DNA from: Vulcanimicrobiota bacterium
GTDB taxonomy: Bacteria > Vulcanimicrobiota > Xenobia > Xenobiales > JADMJV01
Direction of reading: 5' to 3'
Assembly: GCA_050250895.1 (NCBI GenBank)
Contig: JBFWNU010000002.1
Location: 887,659 to 951,658, forward strand
DNA length: 64,000 bases
The position numbers and the translations under genes were made by a program. Positions 45,397 to 55,608 of the stretch are shown here, in pieces (positions within the stretch are counted from its first letter, which is position 1; each line of letters starts with the position of its first letter). The notes below the pieces were generated by a model. That model saw only the letters and a program-made list of their open reading frames with translations. It ran no database searches and was not told the origin of the DNA.

Positions 45397-47034
45397 ATGA
45401 CGTTGACCACAGCCAACCTCGATACCCACGAGGTCACCAATCAGCCTCCTGCGCTAGAGAACTACAACCTCTTCGAGACCGACCCCGTGCTCAAGTCGGG
45501 CATCGAGCGCTATGACGGCGGTTGGGGGTTGCCAGAGCTGGCTAGCCTGGGTCAACATATCGGCACCAGCGAGTTTCTTCATCTCGGCAACCTGGCCAAT
45601 CGCTTTCCCCCCGAGTTGCACACCCACGACCGCTTCGGTCACCGCATCGACCGGGTCGAGTTTCATCCGTCCTATCACGAGTTGATGAAGACGGGTGTCG
45701 AAGCTGGCGTCTGCGCCGGGCCCTGGCGCGACCCCAAGCCCGGCGCCCAGGTGGTGCGGGCCGCCAAGCACTTCTTGCTGACCCAGGTCGAAGCCGGGGT
45801 CGAATGCCCGATGACCATGACCTACGCGGCCGTTCCGGCCCTGCGCGCCGAACCCTCGGTGGCGGCCGAGTGGGAGCCGCGCATTCTGGCCGGTCGCTAC
45901 GACCCGCGCTTTCTGCCCGCCGACCAGAAAGACGGCGTTATGATCGGCATGGCCATGACCGAAAAGCAGGGCGGTTCGGACGTGCGGGCCAACACCACCC
46001 GGGCCGTGCCCGCCGAGGGTGGTTTTCACCTGACCGGCCACAAGTGGTTCTGCTCGGCCCCCATGTGCGACGCCTTTCTGACCCTGGCCTATACCGACCG
46101 GGGCTTGACCTGCTTTCTGGTGCCTCGCTTCAAGCCTGACGGCAGCCAGAACCGCCTGATGGTGATGCGCCTCAAGAACAAGTTGGGCAACAAGGCCAAC
46201 GCCTCGAGCGAGATCGAATATGACCACACCTGGGCAGCCCGGGTGGGCGAAGAGGGTAGGGGAGTGCCCACCATCATCGAGATGGTCAACCACACTCGCC
46301 TCGACTGCGTCATCGGCAGCGCCGGCCTGATGCGCCAGGCTCTGGCGCAGGCCATTCACCACACTCGCCATCGCAAAGCTTTCGGCGCGCTGTTGAGCGA
46401 GCAGCCGCTGATGATGAACGTACTGGCCGACCTGGCCGTCGAGTCCGAGGTCTCGACTCGCCTGGCCCTTTGGCTGGCCCGGGGCTATGACGATGTGCAC
46501 GGCAGTGCCGGGCGCCGAGCCCTGGTGCGCATCGCCACGGCCGTCTCGAAATACTGGGTGTGCAAGCGGGCCCCGCGCATGATTGTCGAGTGCCTCGAGA
46601 GCCATGGCGGAGCCGGCTATGTGGAAGAGTCGATTCTGCCGCGACTCTATCGTGAGGCGCCCCTGTCGTCGATCTGGGAGGGGTCGGGCAATGTGATGTG
46701 CCTGGATGTCTTGCGAGCCATCAGCAAAGAGCCCGAGAGCATGCCGGCCTTACTGGGCGAGTTGGCTGAAGCTCAAGGGCAAGACCCCCGTTACGACGCC
46801 CACCTGGCCAGCCTCAAGGCCCAGGTCCGCGACGGCGAAAACTTGCAGTACCGGGCCCGCTATCTGGTCGAGGGGTTGGCCATCGCCCTGCAGGCCAGCC
46901 TGCTCTTGCGCGAAGGCCCCTCGCTGATGGCCGACGCCTATCTGGGCTCGCGCCTGGGCAGCGGCCGCGAGTATGGAACGCTGCCGACCAACATCGATTG
47001 CCAGGCCATCCTCGAGCGAGCCTTTCCAGGCTAG
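45397..47034 (+). CDS. aidB: AidB-like acyl-CoA dehydrogenase
   Basis: THEVTNQPP, CPMTMTYA, MAMTEKQGGSDVRANTT, GHKWFCSAPMCD, REAPLSSIWEGSGNVMCLD. Confidence 0.9.
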   Translation: MTLTTANLDTHEVTNQPPALENYNLFETDPVLKSGIERYDGGWGLPELASLGQHIGTSEFLHLGNLANRFPPELHTHDRFGHRIDRVEFHPSYHELMKTGVEAGVCAGPWRDPKPGAQVVRAAKHFLLTQVEAGVECPMTMTYAAVPALRAEPSVAAEWEPRILAGRYDPRFLPADQKDGVMIGMAMTEKQGGSDVRANTTRAVPAEGGFHLTGHKWFCSAPMCDAFLTLAYTDRGLTCFLVPRFKPDGSQNRLMVMRLKNKLGNKANASSEIEYDHTWAARVGEEGRGVPTIIEMVNHTRLDCVIGSAGLMRQALAQAIHHTRHRKAFGALLSEQPLMMNVLADLAVESEVSTRLALWLARGYDDVHGSAGRRALVRIATAVSKYWVCKRAPRMIVECLESHGGAGYVEESILPRLYREAPLSSIWEGSGNVMCLDVLRAISKEPESMPALLGELAEAQGQDPRYDAHLASLKAQVRDGENLQYRARYLVEGLAIALQASLLLREGPSLMADAYLGSRLGSGREYGTLPTNIDCQAILERAFPG

Positions 47035-47147
47035 CCGGAAGAAGAATCCACCGCAGTGGGCCTCGCCCAGTCGTCGCGAAAGGTCACGCATCCTATCATA
47101 CGACTCCGATGGCGACGTGATTTACGTGAAGAGCCTCGACAGCGCCT

Positions 47148-47822
47148 TCACCGCGAGGTGGCGCCGGCCTGACTGACCGGTTCGGCTTCGCACGCGACGT
47201 AGAGCCCGCGCTCGACCATGCGCCGGATGAACTCCTGGTTGCGACACAGCACGTGGTGCTCGAGGCCGCTACGCTCGGTCGGCAGCGGCTGAATCGGCTT
47301 GGACGGCATACGCTCGAGATGGCGCGCCACCAGCCGTTCGAGTGGCTGATCGGGAAGATAGTCGACCTCGAACCCCTCGGGCGGGTCGAAGGTCCGCTTG
47401 TGCCCCGTGGTGATTAGCTCTCCCGTTGGATGCAGACGACTGCTCACGCTATTGCCGGTCACGAAGTTCTCATCGAGTCGCGAATAGCTGACCTCGACCA
47501 GGAACTGCAAGTCGCGACTCACGAAAATAGCCGCGTAGCCCTGCGCTTTGGGTGAGGGGATGGTGTAGAGAAAGGCCAGGGCCAGGCCCAACTGGTTGGC
47601 CGACTCGAGTGTTTTCTCGAGGCAATAGTAGACCTCGGCCGGGAACTCCTCGGCCGGGACGATAATCAGGTTCTCGATGTAGCTCGCCGTCGGCTTGCCG
47701 TCGTCGAGGTTGAAGCGGAAGAGTTTACCCGCCATGAGCAGGCCAAATCCGAAGAGACCCGGGCTCAGGTTCCAGCACTCGCGAATGCTCAGCTTTCTGA
47801 GGTCGATGCGGTAGTCGGACAT
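47148..47822 (-). CDS. Hypothetical protein
   Basis: 224-aa ORF with natural composition. Confidence 0.7.
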   Translation of the reverse strand: MSDYRIDLRKLSIRECWNLSPGLFGFGLLMAGKLFRFNLDDGKPTASYIENLIIVPAEEFPAEVYYCLEKTLESANQLGLALAFLYTIPSPKAQGYAAIFVSRDLQFLVEVSYSRLDENFVTGNSVSSRLHPTGELITTGHKRTFDPPEGFEVDYLPDQPLERLVARHLERMPSKPIQPLPTERSGLEHHVLCRNQEFIRRMVERGLYVACEAEPVSQAGATSR

Positions 47823-48134
47823 CCCTGGCCAATTCGAGCCCCCAGGCCCGTTACCTACGACGGGAGACGTGCTCCTCGTGGCTAATGGTTTCAGAATTCA
47901 CGACGAGACCGAGTTTCTTGCGGCCCTTCGAGGGAGCCACATCGGGCTGGAACTCCGGCGGGATGGTTGCGAGTTGAGAATCGGCATTCCGACTGACCAG
48001 CTCCTACCCCGGGCCAGAAAATTGGGGTTTCATTTCCACCCTGACCCCCAGAGTGCATGCCTGGACGGCGCGCGAGGCTGCTACAATCGACGTTGTCCAG
48101 ACGCGTTCGGAGACTGGTAGCGGGTCCGCGCCGC

Positions 48135-48340
48135 AATCAAGGCGAGATGTTCGCGATGGCCGGGGGTAGCCTCCCACGATCGGAAACCTCCAATCTGGGT
48201 GGCTTGTTGCACGCCCTTCTGCGGGGCGGGCCTTGCGAGGTTCTCACCAGCAACATGAAGGTATGCACGCCTTCGCGCAGCCTGTTTTCTTATCCTGATT
48301 TAACGGTCGTCCGCGGTGAGCGGGTCGAATCTGCCGACCT
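48135..48340 (+). pseudogene. Uma2 (DUF820) endonuclease fragment
   Basis: GEMFAMAGGS...LHALLRGGPCEVLTSNMKV...FSYPDLTVVRGE; lacks a proper start and the C-terminal half. Confidence 0.75.
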
Positions 48341-49531
48341 GGGCGAGTCATCCCGAGCTTGACTTAGTCCCCGGCGATGCACGGCGGCTTCGCGAGCCGC
48401 CCTCCATTCGGACCGAGTGGCGAAGTCTTTCTCGTGCTCGGCGGCGTGGCAGCCCGGACATAACAGCTCCAGGTCTTCCAGGCGATGTTGCCTGGTTTCG
48501 GACCAGGCACGGACGTGGTGCACCACCAGATTTCCGCCCGCCCATGAGCATCGCTCACAGCGTCCACAAGCGCGGGCGTGCACCGCTCGCAGCAAACTCA
48601 AGGGAATGGCCGGCCGGGTCTTGGATCGGCTTGGCACCAGTGGCAACTGTTTCGCCGAGCTAGTTCCAGCTGGAAGTTCAGTTGGGGGACCAGCCACCAC
48701 GATGCCCGTTTGTTTCATCGCCTCCTCGACGGCCGTAGACTCGGCAGGCAAGAGTCCGCGGTCGGTGTCGTAGAAGCCCTGGCCCGTCTCGCCATTCACG
48801 TGCACGATGACCTGGTGTCGCACTTTGCTGCGGTGATCAGCTGTGGACAGCGTTCCTCTGGCCATCGCCGTGACCGCCGTCTCTTTGCTTACGCGCTTGC
48901 CATGGCGGGCCTCGATCACGCCCTTCGCCTGCTCGTAGGTGGCATACTGTTCGGGGGTCATCAGCAGAGTCACCTGGATCAACTTCGGTAGCTCGGGGAC
49001 CGGCGCCGGCTTGATGACCGGGGTCGGTTTGGTGGGCTCTTCCAGCTTCAGCTGAGCTTGAGCTTGGCTAGCTTCGAGCGACGCCTTTAAAGCCTGGCCG
49101 CGCTTGTGTTGCGTGGGAGTTAGGGCTACCGCGCGCTCGACGGCCTGAGCCTTGTTCTTGAGGGCGAAGTCCAGCATCGCGCGCTCGTTGTCGGGGGTGG
49201 CGATGCGCTTGAGAGCGCGGGCTTTGCTCCAGCAGAGCATGCCTTTGCGAAAGGCTTCTGAGATCAGCGGGAGCTGCTCGAAAACTCTAGCCAGGCTGAG
49301 GAGTTCGCCGGCCTTTTGGGGATGGAGTTTGAGATGGGTCACGGCGTAGCCCACCACGCTGCCACTACCCATGTGGCGGTAGAGTCCGCTGCGTTCGGTG
49401 GCCAGCAGATGGGCGGCGAGCTCCCACTCGCATCCGAACGAGCGCCTGCTCGCCTCGCGGTTTTTTCGATGTAGCTCCTGGTGCGAGAGTTGTTGTAGTG
49501 ACTGGGAAAGTGCCGACAGAGTTGAAGACAT
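48290..49531 (-). CDS. DUF222-like/HNH endonuclease
   Basis: GGAGG RBS; C-terminal CERC...VHHVRAWSE...LELLCPGCHAAEH. Confidence 0.85.
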   Translation of the reverse strand: MSSTLSALSQSLQQLSHQELHRKNREASRRSFGCEWELAAHLLATERSGLYRHMGSGSVVGYAVTHLKLHPQKAGELLSLARVFEQLPLISEAFRKGMLCWSKARALKRIATPDNERAMLDFALKNKAQAVERAVALTPTQHKRGQALKASLEASQAQAQLKLEEPTKPTPVIKPAPVPELPKLIQVTLLMTPEQYATYEQAKGVIEARHGKRVSKETAVTAMARGTLSTADHRSKVRHQVIVHVNGETGQGFYDTDRGLLPAESTAVEEAMKQTGIVVAGPPTELPAGTSSAKQLPLVPSRSKTRPAIPLSLLRAVHARACGRCERCSWAGGNLVVHHVRAWSETRQHRLEDLELLCPGCHAAEHEKDFATRSEWRAAREAAVHRRGLSQARDDSPRSADSTRSPRTTVKSG

Positions 49532-49872
49532 GGGACGACCTCCGGCTCGAAAAAGAATCAGGGCATAACTCTATTTTAGTCAAGAATGTCGACCGGATCA
49601 ATGCGGAAAAATGGCTTGGTTATAGGGTTTGTCGCTGTCTTCTTGAGCGGTCGTGAGGGGAGCTTTTGCCGCTGAAATGATTTCAGCAACCATGTTCTGT
49701 GTCAGGATGGCTGCTGGCGCGCTTGAGGCCCCGACCGTGTCAGGTTTGGGCGGGACCACCTTTGGGCCTCTCCCGTGGGTTGAGAATGTTAAGGGATGAC
49801 AATATTTGGACGCGACACTTCCAGCTGGAAGACGGGCTGTTCACCATGGTCAACCTGTGGCAAACTAGACGA

Positions 49873-50331
49873 ATGAAAGACCTGAAATGGATAGGCTTGC
49901 TGCTAGCGCTGGTGGCGACGTTGGTTCGTCTGCAGACTCCCGAGCCGTCCCTCGCCCTGGACCCGCGGCCTCCCGCCGACTGGGCTCACCTGGCCTGGAA
50001 GTTGAAATCGATGGCGCGGACGGTCGAGGAGATCGACACGCGCCAGACCGGTATCCTGATCAACGATTGGGACGGGTGGAGCGTCGTTTCTCTTCGCGAG
50101 GGTGATGTGGTGTTGTCTGTTAATGGCTACCGGGTGGAGAAGCCTGTTGACTTTGTCCAGGCGCCGCCAAGTAAAGGTTTCATGGACTTGGAGATACGCC
50201 GAGACGGGCAAGAGATGGCTGTTCATGTCACCCAAGCCCAGATGATTCCCCGGATGCGGGCGCTTGGCTGGGACCTTAACCCGGAACTTTCGGTCACTTA
50301 TCGCTGTATAACGCCACCCGAAGGCCGCTAA
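49873..50331 (+). CDS. Exported PDZ-like domain protein
   Basis: Signal/TM; LREGDVVLSVNG, LEIRRDGQ. Confidence 0.65.
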   Translation: MKDLKWIGLLLALVATLVRLQTPEPSLALDPRPPADWAHLAWKLKSMARTVEEIDTRQTGILINDWDGWSVVSLREGDVVLSVNGYRVEKPVDFVQAPPSKGFMDLEIRRDGQEMAVHVTQAQMIPRMRALGWDLNPELSVTYRCITPPEGR

Positions 50332-50340
50332 ACGCCGTGG

Positions 50341-52251
50341 CTATTCGAGGATGTCGAGGCGTTGGGCGCCGATCCAGACGGCGTTCTCTTCGACCTGCAG
50401 GTCCTGGGTCGTGCCGGCCAGCGAGCGTTCCAGGGTGAGCATCTCCTGGGCTTTCTCTAGATCGCGGGTGGCTTTGAAGAACTCGACCAGACGGTTCCAG
50501 TCTGGCTCCCAATCGGGCTTCTGCCCACGCAGCGTGTCCTCGGCCGCGAACAGGGCGCGGGCGGTGTCGAGGTCGCCGTGGGCCAGATCAAGATGGGTCT
50601 TGAGTCGGTCCAGGCGTTGCTTGGGCTCGAGCGTGGGCATGGACGCGTCTAAAAGCTGGTGCATCGAGAAGGCCGTGTCGAGGTTGGCAAAGCTGGTCGG
50701 CAACTCGCGTAGCTCGGTCTTCTCGATGGCGGCTTTCCAGGCGTTGAGCACCGAGTAGTCGTGGTGGGAATGCTTGAGACCGCGACAGACCCCCAGCAAG
50801 AAGGCGGTGCGGGAGGCCAGGCCGCTCTCGGGATGCTGATCGAGCTGGGCCACCTGCTGCTGCAGTTCGCGTCCCTGGAGTAGATCCAGGGTCAGGTCCC
50901 GCAGGCTGGGCAGGTGGGCTGCCCTGGTCAGGGTCAACAAGCCCGTCAGCTCCTCGCGAAGGCTCGGATTGTGGGGTGATTGGCGGGCCAGCAGGCCCAG
51001 GGTTGCCAGCGTGCGGGGCGGGGCCTCGCCGGCGTCGGGGTGCTGGGCCAGCTCGCGCCGGCACTCGTCGAGCATGTCTGGCCAGCGGTCTTTGAGGTTG
51101 GTCAGCTCGGTCAAACTGTTGAGGAAGGGATCGTAGCTCGCCTCGGCCAGCCAGCGAAACTTGCCGTCATCGATGTAGCTGAAGCCATCTCTGAAGGTGT
51201 CGAGCAGGTGGTCGCCCAGCGGGCGCCGGCCCGGGCCCACGCTGATTTGCTCGAATTGCTCGGGAAATCTCTTCTTCACCTCGACCAGGCAGCCCAGCAG
51301 GTGACGAGGTTCCCAGTCGGTCGGGGTCTGCATGCGCGGGGCGGAGGCCAGCGTGCTGCTCACCAGCCAGCCCAGCGTGCGCGGAGTGGGTTGATAGTCG
51401 TGGCGGGTCAAGGCGGTCAAGAACAGCTGGCCATACTCCTGGCGGCCACCGGCGGCCAGTTGCTCGAGCATGGGGGCGCAGAGTTCGGGCTTGCGAGCGC
51501 ACCACGAGGCCAGGGTGTCCGCCCTGGGAGCGTTGAGAGGATCGGCCACCGCGGCTCGCATGAACGCTTCGTCGAGCACTTCGGGAAAGGCCGCCACCAG
51601 GGCTGCTTCGTAGTCGGTTTGGTCGAGGGTTCCCAGGTTACGAGCCCGCTCGGGCACCGCCGTCAAGGCTTGCAGATGGGGCTTGAGTTCGGCTCGCAGA
51701 TCGTCGTCGCTGCCTGCTTTACGCAGCAAGGCCGAGACGCCTTGCAGAGCGGCCGGGTCGAAGACTCCGTAGTCCATTTCGGTCAGGGCCGCGCTAAGTT
51801 GACCGTGGCCGGCCAGACTGGCGAGTTGCTGGGGAGTGCGACCCGGGATGAGAGTCAGGCCCTCGGGACGAGCGACCACCACGCAAGCGGCCGGGTTGTG
51901 GCTGCCGTGCCAGAGTCCACGGGCTTTCCAGTCCGCCAGAATCTGGTCGGCCGCCGCGCGCAAGGCGAGGTCCTGGGTCCGGGAGGCGCTCACCACCGCC
52001 GCCAGAGTGGCCGGCACGGGGTCCTTACGGGCCAGCTGGTCAAGCTGGGTGAGAGCATAGCGCGAGCCACCCGAGCCGGCCAGCAAGCTGCGAAATTCAT
52101 GCAGCTCATTGCGGACCCCGGGAGAGAGGACGGTGTCTTGCTGTTGGAATGGCGTGTACGTGTCGGTGAGTGAGGTGGCTTGCGCCGGTTGAACCGAAGA
52201 CCGCTGCCAACCTGGCTTGAAGGCGATCGACGAGATCATGGTCTCAGTCAA
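50341..52251 (-). CDS. Hypothetical helical protein
   Basis: 636-aa ORF coupled to the upstream M23 gene; low-complexity N-terminal leader. Confidence 0.75.
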   Translation of the reverse strand: MTETMISSIAFKPGWQRSSVQPAQATSLTDTYTPFQQQDTVLSPGVRNELHEFRSLLAGSGGSRYALTQLDQLARKDPVPATLAAVVSASRTQDLALRAAADQILADWKARGLWHGSHNPAACVVVARPEGLTLIPGRTPQQLASLAGHGQLSAALTEMDYGVFDPAALQGVSALLRKAGSDDDLRAELKPHLQALTAVPERARNLGTLDQTDYEAALVAAFPEVLDEAFMRAAVADPLNAPRADTLASWCARKPELCAPMLEQLAAGGRQEYGQLFLTALTRHDYQPTPRTLGWLVSSTLASAPRMQTPTDWEPRHLLGCLVEVKKRFPEQFEQISVGPGRRPLGDHLLDTFRDGFSYIDDGKFRWLAEASYDPFLNSLTELTNLKDRWPDMLDECRRELAQHPDAGEAPPRTLATLGLLARQSPHNPSLREELTGLLTLTRAAHLPSLRDLTLDLLQGRELQQQVAQLDQHPESGLASRTAFLLGVCRGLKHSHHDYSVLNAWKAAIEKTELRELPTSFANLDTAFSMHQLLDASMPTLEPKQRLDRLKTHLDLAHGDLDTARALFAAEDTLRGQKPDWEPDWNRLVEFFKATRDLEKAQEMLTLERSLAGTTQDLQVEENAVWIGAQRLDILE

Positions 52252-52913
52252 TCAGCTGGCCCTGAACCTACGCTGAAAGTCGCACGTTGGCGAAACTCGC
52301 GTTCAGAAATCAGCCCTGCCTCGAGCAGCCGGCGCAGCTTCTGGGGGTCATCGGCTTGCTGGTTGCGAGCGACCAGGCCGAGTTCCACCAGGTGCTCTCG
52401 CCGTTCTCTTTCAGCCACTACCGCCGGGTCCGGAGGCGGACGAGGTGCAGCTAGGACCCGGGCCGGTGGGGGTCGGTAGGGACGAGTCCGAAAGTCGACG
52501 TAGGCTCCCCGGGCGTCGCGCATTTTGACGTCGACATGATCGACCACGACCCGGCCTACGACCTGCCCTGGTTCGATGCGATCGCCGGGCCACACGGCCG
52601 GAGCCAGATGCCCGTAGGTGACCTCCACGCCGTCGCGGCCGCGGACGGTAATGCCGAACTCGTCACCGTACCAGGGAGTCACGGCCACCACCTGGCCTGG
52701 CCAGGCGGCCCGCACCGCCGAGCCGGCCAGCATGGCGATGTCATACCCGTTGTGAAGCCCTGGATAGCGACGGTATTTCGAGACCGAGCGAGGGTCGTAG
52801 AAGCCAGAGCTGACGTAACATCCAGGGTCTCCCCGTCGTTGCTGGAGCAAGAGGGCGTCCAGGTCCCCCCAGGCAGAAAGCGAGAGTAGAAGCCACAACA
52901 GCAGCACTCTCAC
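52248..52913 (-). CDS. M23 family peptidase
   Basis: Signal peptide; HNGYD, VRAAWPGQV, YGHL, HVD. Confidence 0.8.
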   Translation of the reverse strand: MRVLLLWLLLSLSAWGDLDALLLQQRRGDPGCYVSSGFYDPRSVSKYRRYPGLHNGYDIAMLAGSAVRAAWPGQVVAVTPWYGDEFGITVRGRDGVEVTYGHLAPAVWPGDRIEPGQVVGRVVVDHVDVKMRDARGAYVDFRTRPYRPPPARVLAAPRPPPDPAVVAERERREHLVELGLVARNQQADDPQKLRRLLEAGLISEREFRQRATFSVGSGPAD

Positions 52914-54262
52914 AGGCGGCCCCCCACGGCCTCGAGTAGCAACCGGTATTGGGCATACTCGGCTTGTAACTCGAGCAGGGACAGGGCCGCGTCCAGGCGG
53001 GCGTTCTCGCGTTGGTTGACCAGAAACAGGGTGCCTTCGCCCAGCTCGAAGCGCAGCTTCTCGGCCTCTTCTAGTTGAGTGGCCAGGGCCAGTGCCTGGC
53101 TGGCCTGCTGGTAGCGCTCGACGGCGGTAACCACGGCCGAAGCCGCATCGCGCACCTCGAGCACGATGGTGCGGATGGTCTCGACCTGCTCAAGGGCCAA
53201 CTGGTCGGTCTTGAGCCGGGCCGCCAGCAGGCGTCCGTCGGCGCCGCGGGTAGCCAGAGGGATGACCAGCTCCAGGCCCGCCTTGACCGAGATACCGATT
53301 CCGGTCGGATCGATTCCGGGGGAGAGGGTGAGGTCCAGTTGCGGAAGCTGGTCGTTCTTAGCCAGCGCCTCGTCGATGGCGATCCGCTCCAGGGCAAACT
53401 CGAGGCTCGACACCTCGGGGCGCAAGCGCAGGGCTTCGACTTCGGCCTGGGCTAACTGGGCGGGTTCCAGGCCCGTCGGCTGAGGCAGCTCTTCGGGGGC
53501 AGAAGACGGCAGTTCCTGGGCTTGACCCTGGCTGTTCCAGAGGTAGTAAGCCAGCTTCAACTGGGCTTTCTCCACCTCACGGCGGGCCTTGACCACCATC
53601 TCTCGACGTTTGGCTACCGTTTGCTCGGCCTCGAGTTGATTGACTCGGGCCAGGTCGCCCGCGGCCACGCGCTCCGCCACGTTGTCCAGTCGCTGCTGGG
53701 CCAATTGCAGGCTGGTCTCCACCAGTTCCAACTGGCGCGTCGAACCGACCCATCCCCAGTAGGCGCTGCCGGCGGCCAGCAGCGTCTGCAGGCGGGCCAG
53801 CTGGTAGTAAGCGCCGGCGCTTCTTTCGCCCACCATGGCACGCTGCTCTTCGGCCGCCTTTTCGTTGATGGAGGCTCCCCGCAGCAGGGGCAGCTTCATC
53901 TCGGCAAAAAACTCGCCGGCCTGGCCGGTGTTCGAAAGAGGTGATTTCACCGCTCCCTGGTGATTGCGATAACCCGCCTGGAGCTTCATTCCCGAGCGGT
54001 CCAGATAGCCGTAGGCCAGGCCGGTACCCCAGAAGGTCTTGGCTTTATCCTCGCTATTGTAGCGCTGGGTGAGGGTGTAAAAGCCGATCGATGGATCAAA
54101 AGCGCCCTGCTTTTCTAGCGTCTTGGCCCGAGCCACTTCCAGCTCGAGTTCGGCTTTGCGCAACTTGGGGTGATTGCGCTCGACCGCCTGGAGAACGTCG
54201 GCCAGGGTAAGGGCCGAGGCCATCTGCGTGAGCAGCAGCAGAATAGCAAACAGCAGTCTCAT
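52910..54262 (-). CDS. TolC family outer-membrane efflux protein
   Basis: Signal peptide; GAFDP, LPLLRG, RFELGEGTLFLVNQRE. Confidence 0.88.
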   Translation of the reverse strand: MRLLFAILLLLTQMASALTLADVLQAVERNHPKLRKAELELEVARAKTLEKQGAFDPSIGFYTLTQRYNSEDKAKTFWGTGLAYGYLDRSGMKLQAGYRNHQGAVKSPLSNTGQAGEFFAEMKLPLLRGASINEKAAEEQRAMVGERSAGAYYQLARLQTLLAAGSAYWGWVGSTRQLELVETSLQLAQQRLDNVAERVAAGDLARVNQLEAEQTVAKRREMVVKARREVEKAQLKLAYYLWNSQGQAQELPSSAPEELPQPTGLEPAQLAQAEVEALRLRPEVSSLEFALERIAIDEALAKNDQLPQLDLTLSPGIDPTGIGISVKAGLELVIPLATRGADGRLLAARLKTDQLALEQVETIRTIVLEVRDAASAVVTAVERYQQASQALALATQLEEAEKLRFELGEGTLFLVNQRENARLDAALSLLELQAEYAQYRLLLEAVGGRL

Positions 54263-55608
54263 CGTCGGATCACCGGCTTGGTCTTGGCTTTCTTGTCGTC
54301 GAGGGGCACGGCCGGGAAGGCGTTGAGCTGGCGCCACATTTCGTAGTAGAGCGGCACCTCTCCCAGCATCACCCAGCCGGTAGCCCCTCCCCCAACCCTG
54401 AGCTGGTCCGGCCCCGGCCAGGGTCCATCGGGGCGAACCAGCACGCGAAAGCGCGACTTGCCATCATCCACGGCATCCACCACGGCCACCGTGCCTCCGA
54501 AGGTGCCGGCGGCAGCCCAGGGCCAGGCTGCGAACGGCACGGCCGGGAAGCCGTCGAACATCAGTCGCACCTGGCTGCCCGGGGTGACGAGCGGGGCATC
54601 GAAGCTGGTGAAAAACAGTTCCACTGCCTGGTCCTGGGTGGTGGGCACGATCAGGGCCAGTTCGTCTCCCTCCTTGACCGCCTCGCCGGGTCCGAACTTG
54701 GCCAACCGGGCCACCCGGCCATCGGCCGGGGCTAGAACCTTGCGCAGGCGCTCGCGGACCGCCAGAGCTCCCAATTCGTTGCGGAGCTTTTCCAGCTTCT
54801 CGTCGGTCTCGGCCAGGCTCTCTTGAGTTTTTAGCGAGTCGTCACGAACCTTGAGGATCTCCTCCTGGATCTCGGTGGCGATTTTCTGGCGCTCGAGGCC
54901 GGCAATGGCGATGTCGCGGGCGGCTACGTCGAGTTCGGCGCGCAGGGCCACGGTGTCGGTCTGGCTCTTGACGTAACTCTGCTCGGCGAGTTCCCGATCG
55001 CGTTGCGAGCGCAAGCCGGCGGCGTACAGCTTTTCGACTCGCTCGAGATTGAGGCGCGAGGTCACCTCGTTCTGCTCCGCCGCCAAGAGCTTCTGGCGCG
55101 TCATCTCGCGTTTTTGGACAGTCTGGGATTGCTTTTCGCCGGCCGCCGGCAAAGCCGCGGCCGAGGCTTGCTCCAGATTTTGCCGTTGGCTTTCCAGGGT
55201 GTCTAAGCGGAGCAGGGCAGCCTGGCGTTTATTTTCCAGGGCCAGGATCTGATTATCCAGGCGCAAGCGAAGGTCGGGATCGAGATACTTGCTGTCGGTG
55301 TCCTCGATAACGCACAGCAGGTCGCCGCGGGACACCAGCTCTCCCTCGAAAACATGCCAGCTTTGCAGGCGACCCTTGATCTGAGCGTCCACGGTTTGGG
55401 GCCGTTGCATCGGGGAGAACACGGTGACCTCTCCTTTGCCCACCACGGTTTGGCGCCAGGGGACAAGCACCAGGCAGGCCACCAGGCCGGCCAGCATCAC
55501 CAACAATACGGCGGCCAGGGTGAGGGCGGGTCGACCCACCGACACCAGTTGGTAGGAGAGATAGCTTTCGGCAGTGGATTTGCTTTCCGAGTCGACGGGG
55601 TAGGGCAT
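54259..55608 (-). CDS. HlyD family membrane fusion protein
   Basis: TM, PWRQTVVGKG, long coiled coil, APADG, VRLMFDGFPA. Confidence 0.88.
   Translation of the reverse strand: MPYPVDSESKSTAESYLSYQLVSVGRPALTLAAVLLVMLAGLVACLVLVPWRQTVVGKGEVTVFSPMQRPQTVDAQIKGRLQSWHVFEGELVSRGDLLCVIEDTDSKYLDPDLRLRLDNQILALENKRQAALLRLDTLESQRQNLEQASAAALPAAGEKQSQTVQKREMTRQKLLAAEQNEVTSRLNLERVEKLYAAGLRSQRDRELAEQSYVKSQTDTVALRAELDVAARDIAIAGLERQKIATEIQEEILKVRDDSLKTQESLAETDEKLEKLRNELGALAVRERLRKVLAPADGRVARLAKFGPGEAVKEGDELALIVPTTQDQAVELFFTSFDAPLVTPGSQVRLMFDGFPAVPFAAWPWAAAGTFGGTVAVVDAVDDGKSRFRVLVRPDGPWPGPDQLRVGGGATGWVMLGEVPLYYEMWRQLNAFPAVPLDDKKAKTKPVIRR

Noticed and set aside
47869-48120. 83-aa + strand ORF
   Set aside because: Short, with no recognisable motif, in a decayed region; cannot be supported.
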